Positions 1-12,517 of a stretch of DNA of 64,000 nucleotides are shown one piece after another. The first letter of the stretch is position 1; every line of letters begins with the position of its first letter. This DNA comes from Klebsormidium nitens (lineage: Eukaryota > Plantae > Klebsormidiophyceae): contig DF237155.1 in NCBI GenBank assembly GCA_000708835.1, positions 79,496 to 143,495 on the forward strand. The letters run 5' to 3'. Under the pieces are notes generated by a model. That model was given only the letters and a program-made list of their open reading frames with translations, was not told the origin of the DNA and made no database searches. The position numbers and the translations under genes were made by a program.

Positions 1-1372
1 CTTGCGGCCGGCTCAGCATCCGTAACACCGGTGTCAAGTCCCTTGCGTGCAGCCCCGTCATCAGGTTCTCTGCTGGCAAGTAACCCTCAGGAGCGACACG
101 ACTTTTCAAGTGCCACGCATGCTGACATGGCCCTGCACAAACGTAGGAAACACTGTGAACGATGATAGATAAAGCACTTGTGCTGACATCATCACAAGCT
201 TGCGTGCAGGTGACAAGTGGCGGGTCCTGACATGCATGCAAAATAATATATCCTGGCAGCCGCCTGATGCACCAGTATACCTCAGCAAGGCTGAGATGGA
301 TGTGCGCACTGCCATTGGGCCGCATGGGCACCTGATTCTGGAAAGGAGATTGTATAATCAACTAAGAGGAAGAGGCATGATCCACGCAAGTCGCTCCATC
401 CTGGATGTTATTCGACGTACTGCAAAATGCTCCAATGAAAATCACATGAGAGCTAAAACAAAGGTTATTATTGACACAAAGTCAAAAGCTAAAGCGAAAG
501 CCCAGCCAGAAAACACAATCACATATGAGAGATTCCTCGTCGGAGAAAACTGCTCAATACAAGAGCAAGGTGTCGCCATCAACGCCGCAGTTGTGGTCGT
601 GTTATGAATGCACACTAGAGGCACGAAGTTGGGTTTAAGCAGCAAAGACCACCCATGACCGTTTCTGTTCAGAATCTTCTTGCTGGAACCATCTAACCAA
701 TTCCTGGACAAACGCCGAACAAACACCCCCGGCACTTCCATCAGAGCAGAACCTTCCGCTTCAAAGACAAAAGCGCAACACTGACAGTTTGAGGACTAGA
801 TTAACTTAACACATGCCTGTTGGCAAACTTTACTAGCTGCCTCCAAAGACAAGATTTTTAGATGTGGCCAAAGGCCCTTCGGCGATTGCATTTTTTGTTG
901 CACAGGTGCGCTTCTATAGGAGCAGAGTCCTCTGAAGCTTGGGCCAGGAGCAATGACAGCCACATTGATTAGATTCTCAGCCCCTTATTACTGGCAGTCC
1001 TGTTGCACAAGTGTGTACTCAGCGCCTAACGACGGAAAGGGATAGGCTGAAAGCCCAGTCGCAGCAAAGTCCGAAAGGACCCCCAACTTCAAGGCTTGCA
1101 TTGCATCAAGACGAAGGCGCAATGGTGCAGAAGGGAGCAAGACTCTTACCTATCTTGCAGTTTGAAGTTAAGTGCGGCCCCTTGCTTTGTGATGCACCAG
1201 GTTTAGCTACAGGATACTTGGAGAAGCAGGTCCTGAAGGGAAATGAGTGAAGCATTAACCACACATTGGATGTGACACAAAATGGTGGGCAATAAGTACA
1301 GAAAGATTTGTTCCTCTATGGCAGAATTTTGCAAGGAAGACAGCGGTGGAACATACCCACACACTCAAGTTT

Positions 1373-1612
1373 GAGCTTTCGGCGCACAAAGTCCGCCATT
1401 GAAGGCATTGGCTAATCGCCATTTAGAGATACGAACGCAGTCACGTATCTCTGAGCCCCCAGCGCACAAAGTCCGCATGGTGAGAGCGTGGGCTTATCGC
1501 CTTATGCCAGGGTGTAGGCTGATCGCCTCACCCAATGCTTGGGCTTACCGCCTCGACACATTCAGCAACCCGGGCTTAGCGCCTCACAATGGGCTTAGCG
1601 CCTCAGAGGGGA
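1373..1612. ncRNA. Structured hairpin-array element, copy 1 (candidate intronic RNA or cis-element)
   Basis: Six GGC-N5-GCC stem-loops, two GCGCACAAAGTCCGC motifs, and an AGAGATAC/GTATCTCT stem. Paralogous to 1972-2214. Confidence 0.5.
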
Positions 1613-1971
1613 CAAGACGAAATCTTTGAACAAAGCAAACCAAATGGGTAAGCACCAATGTATCCCAAACTCACATTGCTCAAGATGCAAGCATGAACTG
1701 TTAAGCAAGATTCCAATTCCTACCTGACTTGCAGAGGTATCAGGTTGCTGCTTGCTCTGTCTGTGGTACACCGAGTTCACGTCCACGATGTCTAAGGAAG
1801 GAGGTCCTGAACAAAACCAAGTATAAAATGGATCACAATGGGTGTGACACAATATTGGTTGACACTGTGAGCTTGTCTGTGACGAGCATAGCCAAGAAGT
1901 ACAGCGGTAGAGTACTTTAAAAATCCTACAATAAAGACAGGGATCGCAGAACGCCATAAAATCCTGGGATC

Positions 1972-2214
1972 GAGCCTTCGGCGCACAAAGTCCGCCATCG
2001 AAGGCATTGGCTGACCGCCAAATAGAGGTACCGACATCCACAGTCGCGTACCTCTGAGCCCCCAGCGCACAAAGTCCGCATGGAGAGAGCGTGGGCTTAT
2101 CGCCTTGAGCAAGGGTGTGGGCTGACCGCCTCACCCACTGCTTGGGCTTACCGCCTCCACACACATAGCGACCTGGGCCTAGCGCCTCATGTTGGGCTTA
2201 GCGCCTCGTGGGGA
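1972..2214. ncRNA. Structured hairpin-array element, copy 2
   Basis: Same motif order as copy 1, roughly 85% identical by eye, while flanks are much more diverged. The stem reads AGAGGTAC/GTACCTCT, a compensatory change relative to copy 1. Confidence 0.5.
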
Positions 2215-3299
2215 TCTGTTTTTCTGCTACTACTACTCTAGAGCCCCGCGTCAGGGCCGGTCAGGCATCTGATCGATGCAATGTGAGGAATCTTGAATGT
2301 GCGAGGCTTCTGACTTCACTCACTGCATGATGTTCACAGTGACTCTGAGTGTGGCTTGCACAAAGCGAGGGGGATTCCTTTCAAAAGCGCCCGGAATGGT
2401 TAGCAGAGCGATTTTCTAACCCCTAGATGAAAACCCGTGTGGCGTCGATCAGCTGATACCCTTGAAAGCGTGGTACGTCGATCAATCCTGATACGAATAA
2501 AGTTAAACCCAGTTTAACCTGTAGCCGACAGGCCGTTTCAGGTTGCGTAGGCACGAGCTTGGGCGAATCGCCATCTGCCACGTGTCACATTCTCTGTCAT
2601 TTGAACTCAGTCTTTGATTCCCCCGGGGCTCTCCACCGGGAAGTCTTCCAGCTTCAAGTACCGTATCGGTAATCGTAGCGGATATCGCCACCATTGCAAG
2701 ACACAGTGTGGGGACTCAAGGATGACAGGACTCAACCTTTGGGACCGACATGAAGTTGGCCGGGACTCGCCGGGAGGAACTGAGCACCGGCCTTTGACTT
2801 GACCGACTGATATCAACTGTCCGATTGGTGACATTTGGACAATCTGACGGCTGACATGTAATTGATGGCTTCATGTGATCAAGGCTGCAACTTCATGGCT
2901 GAAGGCTCACTTGAGAAAATGCTTATCCTGGCAGTTAGTGTACAGTCTATGTTACAAAACAGTTTCCCAAATGCTTCAAGTTAGCGCAGGCTGCAACTAA
3001 GCAGCTTGCCCGTCCTGCCCCGGGCGCTCCTTTTGTTATTCTAAGAATGTGTCGGTGTTCTCCAGACGACCTTGCTACCACCTTTGCCAGTTTTAAAGGA
3101 CACGTCTCCCATCGACAACCCTGATAAGCGCTCCAACCACACACACGTCGGTCACCAAGTCCCAGAAGAATCGGGTCAAAGCAGTGAAAGCTGTACAGCG
3201 AGGTGAGGTAAGGTATACTAGGACTCCACTTAGTTCAATTTGAGCAGCTTCTAAATGGGCGTCGTTCTAACACACATGACTCCTTACGAAACTGCCTGG

Positions 3300-6200
3300 T
3301 CACGTGCCTTCCATGTTTTCCGAGTCCTGCGGCGGCGGGTCGTCCTTTGCACTGTTTTGAATTACGATGCTGGGCCGCCTCCGATGAAACAACGGCGCGC
3401 CGGGGGTGGCGGGCACGCTTGCATTCGCAGACTGCTCTCGTTGGGGGGTGGAGAACGAGAGCGTGACGCCCGTGCCAAACCCCCGGGACACGGTCGGTAG
3501 GCCTCTCTCGGGGGGAGGCGTGGTCGCCCCCGTCCAGCTAAAACTCCGGTTAAAGGCGGCGGTTAGGGAGCCCTGGGGCGGGGACGGGGAACCTTGCAGG
3601 GGGCTCTGCCGGGCGCCTTGCTGGACCCCCCGGAACTCGGGGCTCGCCGACTGGTAAAACCCGGGCCGGGGAGTAGACGCAAAGCTCCCCCCCGGCTGCT
3701 GGATCGTTTGCATGGTCGCGCTCTTGCGCGTTCTACCAGCACTGCTCGGCTGATCGATCAGCGGAGGGATGAAGGTTGGGGGGGCGAAGATGCTTCTGGG
3801 AGAGGCCTTGTCGTGCTCGTCCCTGTCCTGGGCGTCGTCCTCCATGGCTGTGGCGGCCTGCGACTCGGGCCCAGACGGGGCCTCCTCTGACACCTTTTCC
3901 CGCCCACCAAAAGTGGGAGTCCCTGCTACGGCCGACGTGCCTAGCTTTGAAAGGGAAGAGTCTGCTTGGGGGCGGCGGTCGGAGGAGTGGAGACCGGAGG
4001 AAGACGGCACTGAGGCGCTCCGGCTGCGCGCCACCTGTAACAGGCGAGGCACAGCGTCAGGTCGTGGGGATATCGCGAAAACAGAGTCTGTGCTATTTGA
4101 TGCTGACTCGATGCTGGATACAAAGCCTTATGAAACTCGGTCGCTGCAAGAGACCCAATCACAGTATCCAAGATCGTACTACTCCTGGAAAGTGCAGGTT
4201 TTCCACTTAGAGAAATCCCTGAGGGCTACAAACTCTGGGCAGCAGACATGGTTGCGAACGTTGCAAATGTCATTGCAACGTCAATGAACGAAAGGAAGAG
4301 CTCAAATGCCCCTCACTTGCATGCAGCTCCCTCTGTCCGTGAAGCTTCCGTAGTCCGGCGAGCTCGTCAGCTCCAGACTGTTGGCTTTCAACCGCGGCTT
4401 CCACACCACTTTCCTCTCCCCCTGCTGCGCACTCCCCTGCCATTGCTTCCCGCCACTCGTCAGGGGGGGGAAGTCCTCTGTATCAGTCGGCCCCCACCCG
4501 GGGCTCATCGGCTCTCCCGGACTGAGCGGATCCTCCTTTCCGTCCATTAGGTTACTCGCCCCCGCTTTCCACTGGGGCGACTTCTGCTGATTTACAATCC
4601 CGCTTAGCGGAGGGGACTTCGGCGCCGTTCCCCAGAGACCCTTTGCTGGTCGTGGGGTGGTTCCAAACCCGTCTGCTAACCCCCTCGCTGACCCGGTTCC
4701 GCCTTGAGGACTCCACCCGGGCTTTTGCGCCGCTATACCATTTTCCGCACCGCCCCACTTGCGCACAGTTTGCGAATTCCACTGCGATCCCGCAGGCCGG
4801 AAATCCGAGATCGCCCGCTTCTCATCCTGCTCCCACCCAGCGTTCAGGTCTTTCTTCACGGTCGATTCCCCCCAGCCCTTTACCCGAGTAGTTTGCTGCC
4901 TCCACCCCCCTTTCAAATCCTCGTTCCTACCAGCATTGGACTGGAACGTCGCCTCGCTGGACATATCTCGCGTCTCCTTTTCTGTTTCCCTCTTCCCGTC
5001 CTGCAAGCCCTCTTGCCCCCCCGTTTCATCCATCATCGCCCCTTCCTGGGGGTCCATTTCCGGCACTGGCGATAGGACCGACTGTCCCCCCCCCGGTGCC
5101 GGAACCCACCCCGGCTTCCCCTCTACCACCCCCTCCCTCGCCCCCGACTCCACCCCCCGGTTAAGCCTAAACTCGGGCGGGTTACCCATGGCCAACGCCG
5201 ACGGTCCTAGCTTAAAACCGCTCGACACAGACTGGCCCAGACCGGAGGGGACTTGCGTTGGGGAGTGCGCAGTGGAGGGGGCTTGGCCGCGCATTTGCAG
5301 GGAGCGCAGCAGGGCCGCGCGGCGAAGGTTTGCAGACTGGGCGGGGTCGCTAGGGGAGGGAGGAAGACGGCTGTCCCCCTCCTTTTGCTGCAGCGCGTGG
5401 TGCCGAGAAGGGATGGCGTACGGGTGGGTGCTCGTGTGAGCTGGGATGCCCCATGCGCCAGGGCCTGAAAAAGACAAGCTTTCATCTCGTCAAGAGACAA
5501 AGTCCGAGGCTAACGAGGGGCAGAACTCAGATGGAAGATGCTGCAGACTGGTAGTACAGGCTTACAGGCAAAAAGCAGGGCTTCTCTCAGACGAATTGCA
5601 AGGGAACAAACTAACGAAGAGGAATGCAATCGCGCCACAGCAGGTTGCAAAGCCAGCCCAGCTTCGGCTTGACAAGGGGAAAATCTCCAAACACAAGCAA
5701 CTCTTCTTTGTCAAACAAAGCTTTCAGCAATAAAGCTTACCGGTAACCGCCGGAGGGACGGGGCTGGCCAGGCTTGAGGTCGCCAGGTTGGACGCTGCGA
5801 TCCCCCCTCCGTTTGGGCGCCTCCTCGTCCCGTCTGGGCCATAGGCAGCCTCAGGGGACTTGAACTGCGCCTCCTGCATCAGCATGTTGTTGCGCCGCCA
5901 GCTGCCAGGGCTGCTGTCGTCATCCGTATCGCCGTTGTCGTCGCTCATCGCAGAGTCGCCCTGGTTCGACATCATATCGTCCCTGCAGGGCGGAAGGTTG
6001 CTTCACATACGCCCATGGTGATTGAACATTGCAGCCCAGTAAAGGTCCTCACATGGGCCTTGTTTATTGTGCACAAAAGCTATAGGTGTGAGTGTTGCTG
6101 AAAGGTAGCCACCCATGTTCAATCACCCATATCCTCCTTGGAAAGCTCTCATTAGGAGTTTAGGCAATAGCGATACTCCAAGCAAGAAAGAAGAAACAAA

Positions 6201-7045
6201 GAGCCTATCTAGACCCTCACCCTCCGGCAGAGAGAGCGGCGGAGCTGTAACGGGGCAGGCTGCCCATGAAACGCTGCTCCATAAGCGACCCCCCCTCGCT
6301 GGGAAGCGAGCTGGATAAAAGCTCAGACATCGGGGGGCCGTCCGTTCCATCGTCTTTGGAGTCGCCAACTTTGAGAAGGTTCAAGCTGGAGGCCATCATC
6401 TGCATTGAAAGCATATTCACGCAATTGTGTCTTCAGGTTAAAATTTGTTCGTACAATGCAGTATTATTTTGTTGGTGAGGCCTGTTGTACCTTGATAGGA
6501 AACCATCCAGATCTGCTCGAGAGATTGTAGGAATAATATTCATGGGATAATTATACTAGAAGTGGCTTGTGCCACATAACTGCTTGCATAATGCATACTG
6601 CTTGCAAACAGGGCATTGTACGCCAGCACTGGAAAAGCACGGGTGACAGCACGTGTTGCAGCGGCAAATCTGAAGCGCTACTGCAGTATGAGTTACATTT
6701 AAGCATTTCGCAAAGTGTAACTTGACCTTATTCATATCCCGGCTGACGACATGCTCTGTCCTTATCAACCACCTCTCAATACACAGCATTGTGTCAAGCC
6801 CGCTCATAACATTTTCCGCTCACCTCCGTTAGATAGCGCTTGGACACATGATAATTGTCCAGCGTGACTGCATCAGCATCCACCGGCCGAGGCCGCTTGT
6901 TCGCGCCCGATGTTGGGAGGCCATCTAGCAGATAGCTGGTCTTACTGGGGCTTCCAGAAAAGGACCGCAGGCCCAGCCCTGGGGGACGGCCGCCAATGTC
7001 CCCCGTCATACCTAGCCGGGCCCTCACAAGGTATTCTGAATCCAT
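3300..7045 (-). CDS. Uncharacterised, largely disordered Ser/Pro/Gly-rich protein, 5 exons
   Basis: Phase-consistent GT-AG exons 7045-6824, 6399-6221, 5982-5741, 5464-4317, 4034-3300. Short ordered-looking motifs KRPRP..HVSKRYLTE-MMASSLNLL and LRRAALLRSLQMR. Start codon uncertain. Confidence 0.75.
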
Positions 7046-8085
7046 TGCTCTTACAGCGGGTATGGGTTACCGGTGATATTGCTTGATTGGACTACCTTCC
7101 ACAAAGGCTTATGTTTGTGGAAAAAACTGTCAAGTTTATTGAGAGGCCACTTCTCATCAACATGGATCAGATGTGGTGCGAATTACAATAACCCTGTCTC
7201 GATGACTGGAAAAAAAAAATGTACTGCTGAGCTCCTCAGAAAGAGAGGGGTCCATTTACACGACCTCAACGAGTCACTGCTAACATGGGGCCCGATTATC
7301 GCCCAATGTTGCCAGCCGGCTTCAAATCTCGAGCTGTCAAACTGAAGCATCAGAATTGGGGCTCTCCCCGCGATATTACAACCAGCCCCGTTGGGAACGC
7401 GACAGGCACTTCACGTCTCTGGCTGAAAGAAGCCGGGCATGGAACCCCAAATTCATCTGCTTTGGATGCCATGCTTTCTGCCAGGGTAGTGGCTGGCCCC
7501 TCCTCTCCTTCCACTGTTCCGATTCAGAATCCAGGGCCGCGCCATTGCCATTGGCATTGGCGTGAGGGCGCCATGATGCTGATGAATTTACCATATTACA
7601 TAACCCGAATCGACGGAGTCAATTTCGAGTGCGCGTGTTTTCGCGCAAGATCGTAGCTCTCCCGGGCTCCCGGCCCCTCCACACCGTACTGCAGATTCCA
7701 GGTCAACTTGCGCCGGTTTGTTCGCGCAGAGCCCGCGCAATATGACGATTCAAATTTCCTTCCAAGTTACCGGCACATGTCAATGTCATACTGTAAACCG
7801 CATTCCGTCAATCCGAATCTAGACTCATGATTCCGGTTGTAGCACAGGCAGGCGCAGGCTTGAGCGGAATGCAGAGATCAGCTCTTCCCTTTCAATCTGA
7901 AAACTTCAAAGTTTAGGGAGGGAGACGAGGAAGCAGGCCTGCAGCTGAGCTGTTGAGGCTCCTTGCTAATATTAGGCCTTCTCGTTGCAAGCAGGGCGTA
8001 AATAAGTCGTGCGGAAAGTTCTTGGAATTTGCACCAAAAAGCCACATCAAATCGAACATAAGCAGGGGTTGGGGAGGCAGACGCA

Positions 8086-11000
8086 ATGGCCGAGTCTTCA
8101 GGTAAGAACTGCCTCATCAATCTAGCGGACAGTGACAGTTCGCTGGCATGATGTGTTCGTAATTAGGGTTGAAGCCCCTTGCCCTCTATTGGTGGTGGCC
8201 CCGCTTCCTCCAATCATAAACTTTCTGAAACGGATGGCTTCTTTGCAGCCGCTCCTGCTAGGACCTGGGCTCAAGCTGCACAAACCAAAGAAGAGGAGGT
8301 GCCTCTGCGGACAGTTCAGATTGATGGCCTGGTAAGCCCTTCTTTGCACCCTAGGGGCACTCGTTTGGCAAAATTGAGGGGGGCACACCCTGCGCTTTAT
8401 CTTATAGCTCAGTGGGTTCAAAGTTTGCGGAGATGCAAGACTTACTCTGGAGATCCAAACTTACAATATGGTAATGGTTCGTTCCAGAGGATGGCATGCA
8501 TTCTGCACGTTCATGTCCCACACACGGCGTTCTCTAAATCTCAACACCCGTAGCATCAGGCGGTGGTAATGGCCACCGGCAGAGTCGGATAGATCGAGCT
8601 ATTTTGCCCAATTGTCCGGCACCCATCAAGCTGGAGGGATGTGCTCAGCCAGCTCCATTGTGGGGGAAGTCTCTGTCAACCCGGTCTCTGCTGGGAAATT
8701 GTGGTGGCGCCACACTTTTAAATCCGCGCGAGGGCGGTCGTTTTTGCTTGCAGGCACTGTTGAAGATCATCAAGCACTGCAAAGAGTTCGCGCCCAACCT
8801 CGTGACAGGGCAGCTGCTTGGCCTGGATATTGGATCCGTGCTAGAAGTCACAAACTGTTTCCCATTCCCAGTGAGTGTGCGTCATGCCAGGTTGTGTCAT
8901 AAACTTATCTGCAGTCGACTCAGGGACTGCAAACTCGCTTGAGGCATAGTTCAAGCCATCGGGGGGTCTCCTGAGAGCATCATCGAGCATTCCTTTTGAT
9001 GTATTTTATGAATTGAACATAGTTCATCAGCCATTTGGTCTCTTGCGCCCGCCAATTTCGAACAGATAAATGCCGGGGGCGATAGCACAAACGCTGGTTT
9101 CGTCCCCATAAAATGCAGCTCTTATAAGCTGAAAGAGGAGATGACCTCACAATTGGTACGTAGGGCGTTCAGTGATAGGATTGAAGAAGCACTGGCTTTC
9201 TTAGCTCGCACCTTGAGTTGGAAGTGCCATCACATGTTCAGAACCACAGAGGCCCTGCATTTCATGATCAAAGAGGTGACTCACAGGTTGTTCTGAAACT
9301 CAAGCTTTTGTGCAGACGCGGAGCGAGGAAGAGGAGGACGGCGAGGACAGCGCAACGTACCAGCTGGAGATGATGCGGTCGCTGCGGGAGGTGAACGTGG
9401 ACAACAACACGGTCGGCTGGTACCAATCCACGTACATGGGGGCCTACCAGAGCGTGGAGCTCATCGACACCTTTCTGCAGTATCAGGTGGGGGTTCCCTG
9501 CGGGGCAAAGTTTGGAGGGATGGTTGGTTGATAGAACGTGCCGCTGGTCCTGCGGTCCCGAGAACGATTGAATGTTATAAAACTGATTGTAAGGAGTAAG
9601 GGAATGGTGGAACTAGAAGCAGTGAGGAGGCCGTAAGGAAGACGATGGTTATTGTGCAACCAGAGATTCTAAGATTGGCTTGCTAAGGAAACGGATATCT
9701 GTGTGGTTAGTACCTGCGTGAAGCGGCGTGGAAGAGGAAGGACGGTGCAGGCGGAGGCTGTGGGTGTCTAGTATCTGAATGTGCGGATTTGAATCTGCAG
9801 GAGAACATCAAGCGGTGTGTGTGCATCATCTACGACCCGCAGCGATCATCGCAGGGCGTCCTTGCTCTGAAAGCACTCAAGCTCAAGGAGCCCTTCATGG
9901 AGGCTTACAAAAACGATGCACTTACAGGGGAGGGGTGAGTTGTCGTACGAGCCCTCGGCTTCTTAAAGTAGAATGTACGTTCATGGCATCCCAATCCAGA
10001 TGCAGCGTCGATCGTGCAGCATTGCGACTTGTGGTTTTGTGAAAGATGAGTTCTGATATACTTCGTCATGTGCCAGGTTGCGGCAATCGGGCATTTCATG
10101 GCCAGACATCTTCGAGGAGATCAAGGTAAGGGCTGGTTCCCTCTTTGCGAAGTTCTACTCCCCCCCTTATTGTCAGCACCAATCTGCAGCTTGCTTCTGC
10201 AACTTCTTGATGAGTCCGAAGTTGAGAGGAACTACCGTACGACGAAGGTATGATCCCAAACAGATAAATAATCATTTTGCCTCCGGAAAATTGGAAAGTC
10301 CGGATAAGCAGTCGGTGCTTTCTCGAACGTCAAACGGAAAGTATTCTCTGAGGCCGTATGGGTGTCTGGTACGTATCCATCTATTGGCATACGCCCAATA
10401 TATATGGGTACCGGGGTACTTCTCAACGATCAGAATTCGGGTCGAAAAATGGAAAATAATACATGATCTGGGCTCCCATGTGCTGAAATGATTGCTTTAG
10501 TTGAACCATACCTTGGTCGTATGGTACTAGAGGGCTCTACAGCCTTCACTAAAAAAGGTTGCGACTGTCTATCGGGCAAGCTTGCTTAGTAGGAATATCA
10601 GTTTCCTTCATTGCCGAGCCTGTATGTCCGGTCCTTCAATGTCGCGCCCCTTGATTTCCATCATCTCCCTTGGCAGGTGTCGGTCCACAACTCTGCTTTG
10701 GTCGGCGCGATGGTGACCGACATCCAACCAGAGGCTCCTGTCACACACGTAAGTCTTGTCGTGCCCTGCAAGGAGGAGGTATAGGTTGTGCTCACTCGAG
10801 TCGTGCTTGACGAGTGAGTGGCATAGGTGTCAAAGCTCACCAGATCTGATGAATGAGGAGGCAGATTGGCGAGTTGGCGGTGCCTGTTGTCGATTGGACG
10901 TCAGTGGAGTGTCCCTTGCGCCTGACGGCGCCATGATTGATGCAGGCGGACTTTGACCGGTTGAGCCTGTCCAGTGCCCCTTTCTTGGAGAAGAACCTCG

Positions 11001-12517
11001 AGTTTTTGATTCAGTGCATGGACGATTTGGGCCAGGAACAACAAAAGGTGAGCGCCTTTCCATACCACCTCTGCCGGTAATGTTACGTCCCATCGGTCCT
11101 TTTTTCCTCGGTCAGTGCGACTCGCGGTTGATCCTGAAAGCAGCATTTCCAGCAGGGCATCCAGAGCATCTAGTCCTGAAGAGAATATTGGAACAAGATA
11201 TGTGGTACTGAGAAATGAGCCAACCCTGGCTAATGGTTGCCCTCGCTGCAAGCTTCATTCGTCATCTGGTTTCCGGATACTGCAAATATGCCCTTTCGTC
11301 AGGTTTTTCGACTCAGATCTGTTAGGAGTCCCCATTGAATCGTCAGTCAGGGCCCCAAATGGTTCGACCTGATTGACGCTATGGGCGGTGAAAGATGGAT
11401 GTAAGCCTTCCGCTTCTCCTCTGAAGGACGCTTTCTGTTGCCCCTGTAAACTAGAGGGAGAACCATAAACGCCTTTTCCTACTGCAGGTTGGCAGTCAGT
11501 TTGTGATGTCTCCTTGCGCAGAAGCTTCACTTCTTCTGGTTCACGCTTCTGACGTGGCTCCTTGCGTATTATGCAGCAACAATACTACTATCGGGCAGTA
11601 ACTAGGCAAGAAGCGCAAAAGGGAGCGTGGCTGCTAAAACGACGGTAAGTGAAAGCGTGTGCTGGGATTGCTCTGTGTCAAACTCCGACCCATCTGCCAG
11701 AACCGGTAACCATGAGCCAATATCTGGTTTGCAAGTCCAGACAGTTGATGTCTGTTGGGTTACAGGAAGTCCGAAGGCTTCCCATGAAAAGCGGGTGCAG
11801 TTACCATGGACTGGGACGTTGGCCCAAACATAGCCTCACTCTATTTCTCGAAGCTTTTTCCTTCTCCAAAAATTGGCGCGTCTTCAAAATAGGGCGCCTA
11901 AACCTTTAGCCAACGGTTTGCTGATGTGCGTTTGTACCGTCTCTCCAGAGCGGAGAACGCTGCTCGGAAAGCTGCCGGGGAGGAGCCTCTGCCCGAGGAG
12001 GACTCGGCGAACCCCGCTTTCAAGCCCATCCCCGAGCCAAGCAGGCTGGACGGGTTCTTGATCACGAATCAGATCAGCAACTACTGCGGACAAGTCAACG
12101 GGTGAGCTTGGCTGCCGTGATCTGGATTACCATCTTGACTTCGTTTAGCTTGTTGGGTTGATTCATACTGGACTGGCTTAGGTGCTGATAGAGCCGTATT
12201 CAGGAAGCTGGCAGAAGTGGAATCTGGCAGAGGCGAAATATAAGCAGTTGGAAGTAGCATTGAGCAAGGGTTCTGTTCCAGTAATGCTTTGGAGCTGAAG
12301 ATTAGGTGCGCATAGAAGTCTGCATAATTGCTTTTGGCTTCCAACCGAGGAGCCTTCTCATGGGTCTTCGGCCTTCGTCTGCTCTCAGCCAGGCAGAGAG
12401 CATGTTTTGGGAGCTACGTTTCACTTCTCATCTACCTTTGTTCTTTCCTTGTGCAGGTTCGGAGGGCAAAGCTTAAGCAAGATGTATGTTATGGACGCTG
12501 TACATGAGGAGCACTGA
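8086..12517 (+). CDS. eIF3h: Eukaryotic translation initiation factor 3 subunit H (MPN domain), 11 exons
   Basis: Exons 8086-8101, 8249-8331, 8754-8870, 9316-9486, 9801-9934, 10077-10125, 10677-10748, 10946-11047, 11577-11644, 11949-12101, 12457-12517, all phase-consistent. Motifs [69 protein letters not shown]. Confidence 0.97.

Larger units (their letters stand above)
1150..2328 (-). other. 5' part of an unidentified spliced transcript: ATG-bearing exon ending at 2324, then two paralogous 83-nt exons (1806-1724, 1232-1150)
   Basis: Minus-strand donors CA|GTGAGT (2324), CAG|GTAGGA (1724), TAG|GTAAGA (1150). Acceptors ttggttttgttcag|GACCT (1806) and catttcccttcag|GACCT (1232) have pyrimidine tracts. 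Both exons are exactly 83 nt and alignable. A G-box (CACGTG, 2579-2584) lies upstream. Downstream exons (<800) are unresolved and no protein was recognised. Confidence 0.5.

Noticed and set aside
200-607. 135-aa plus-strand ORF at the window start
   Set aside because: No recognisable product, and splice signals nearby favour a minus-strand gene; left unassigned.
1061-1080. GTCC-GAAA-GGAC, the classic hammerhead stem II
   Set aside because: Not flanked by CTGATGA and GAAA core residues.
1373-2214. CRISPR-like or LTR interpretation of the repeats
   Set aside because: Spacing is irregular, spacers are conserved between the two units, no cas genes; no TG..CA ends, PBS or RT/integrase sequence between the copies.
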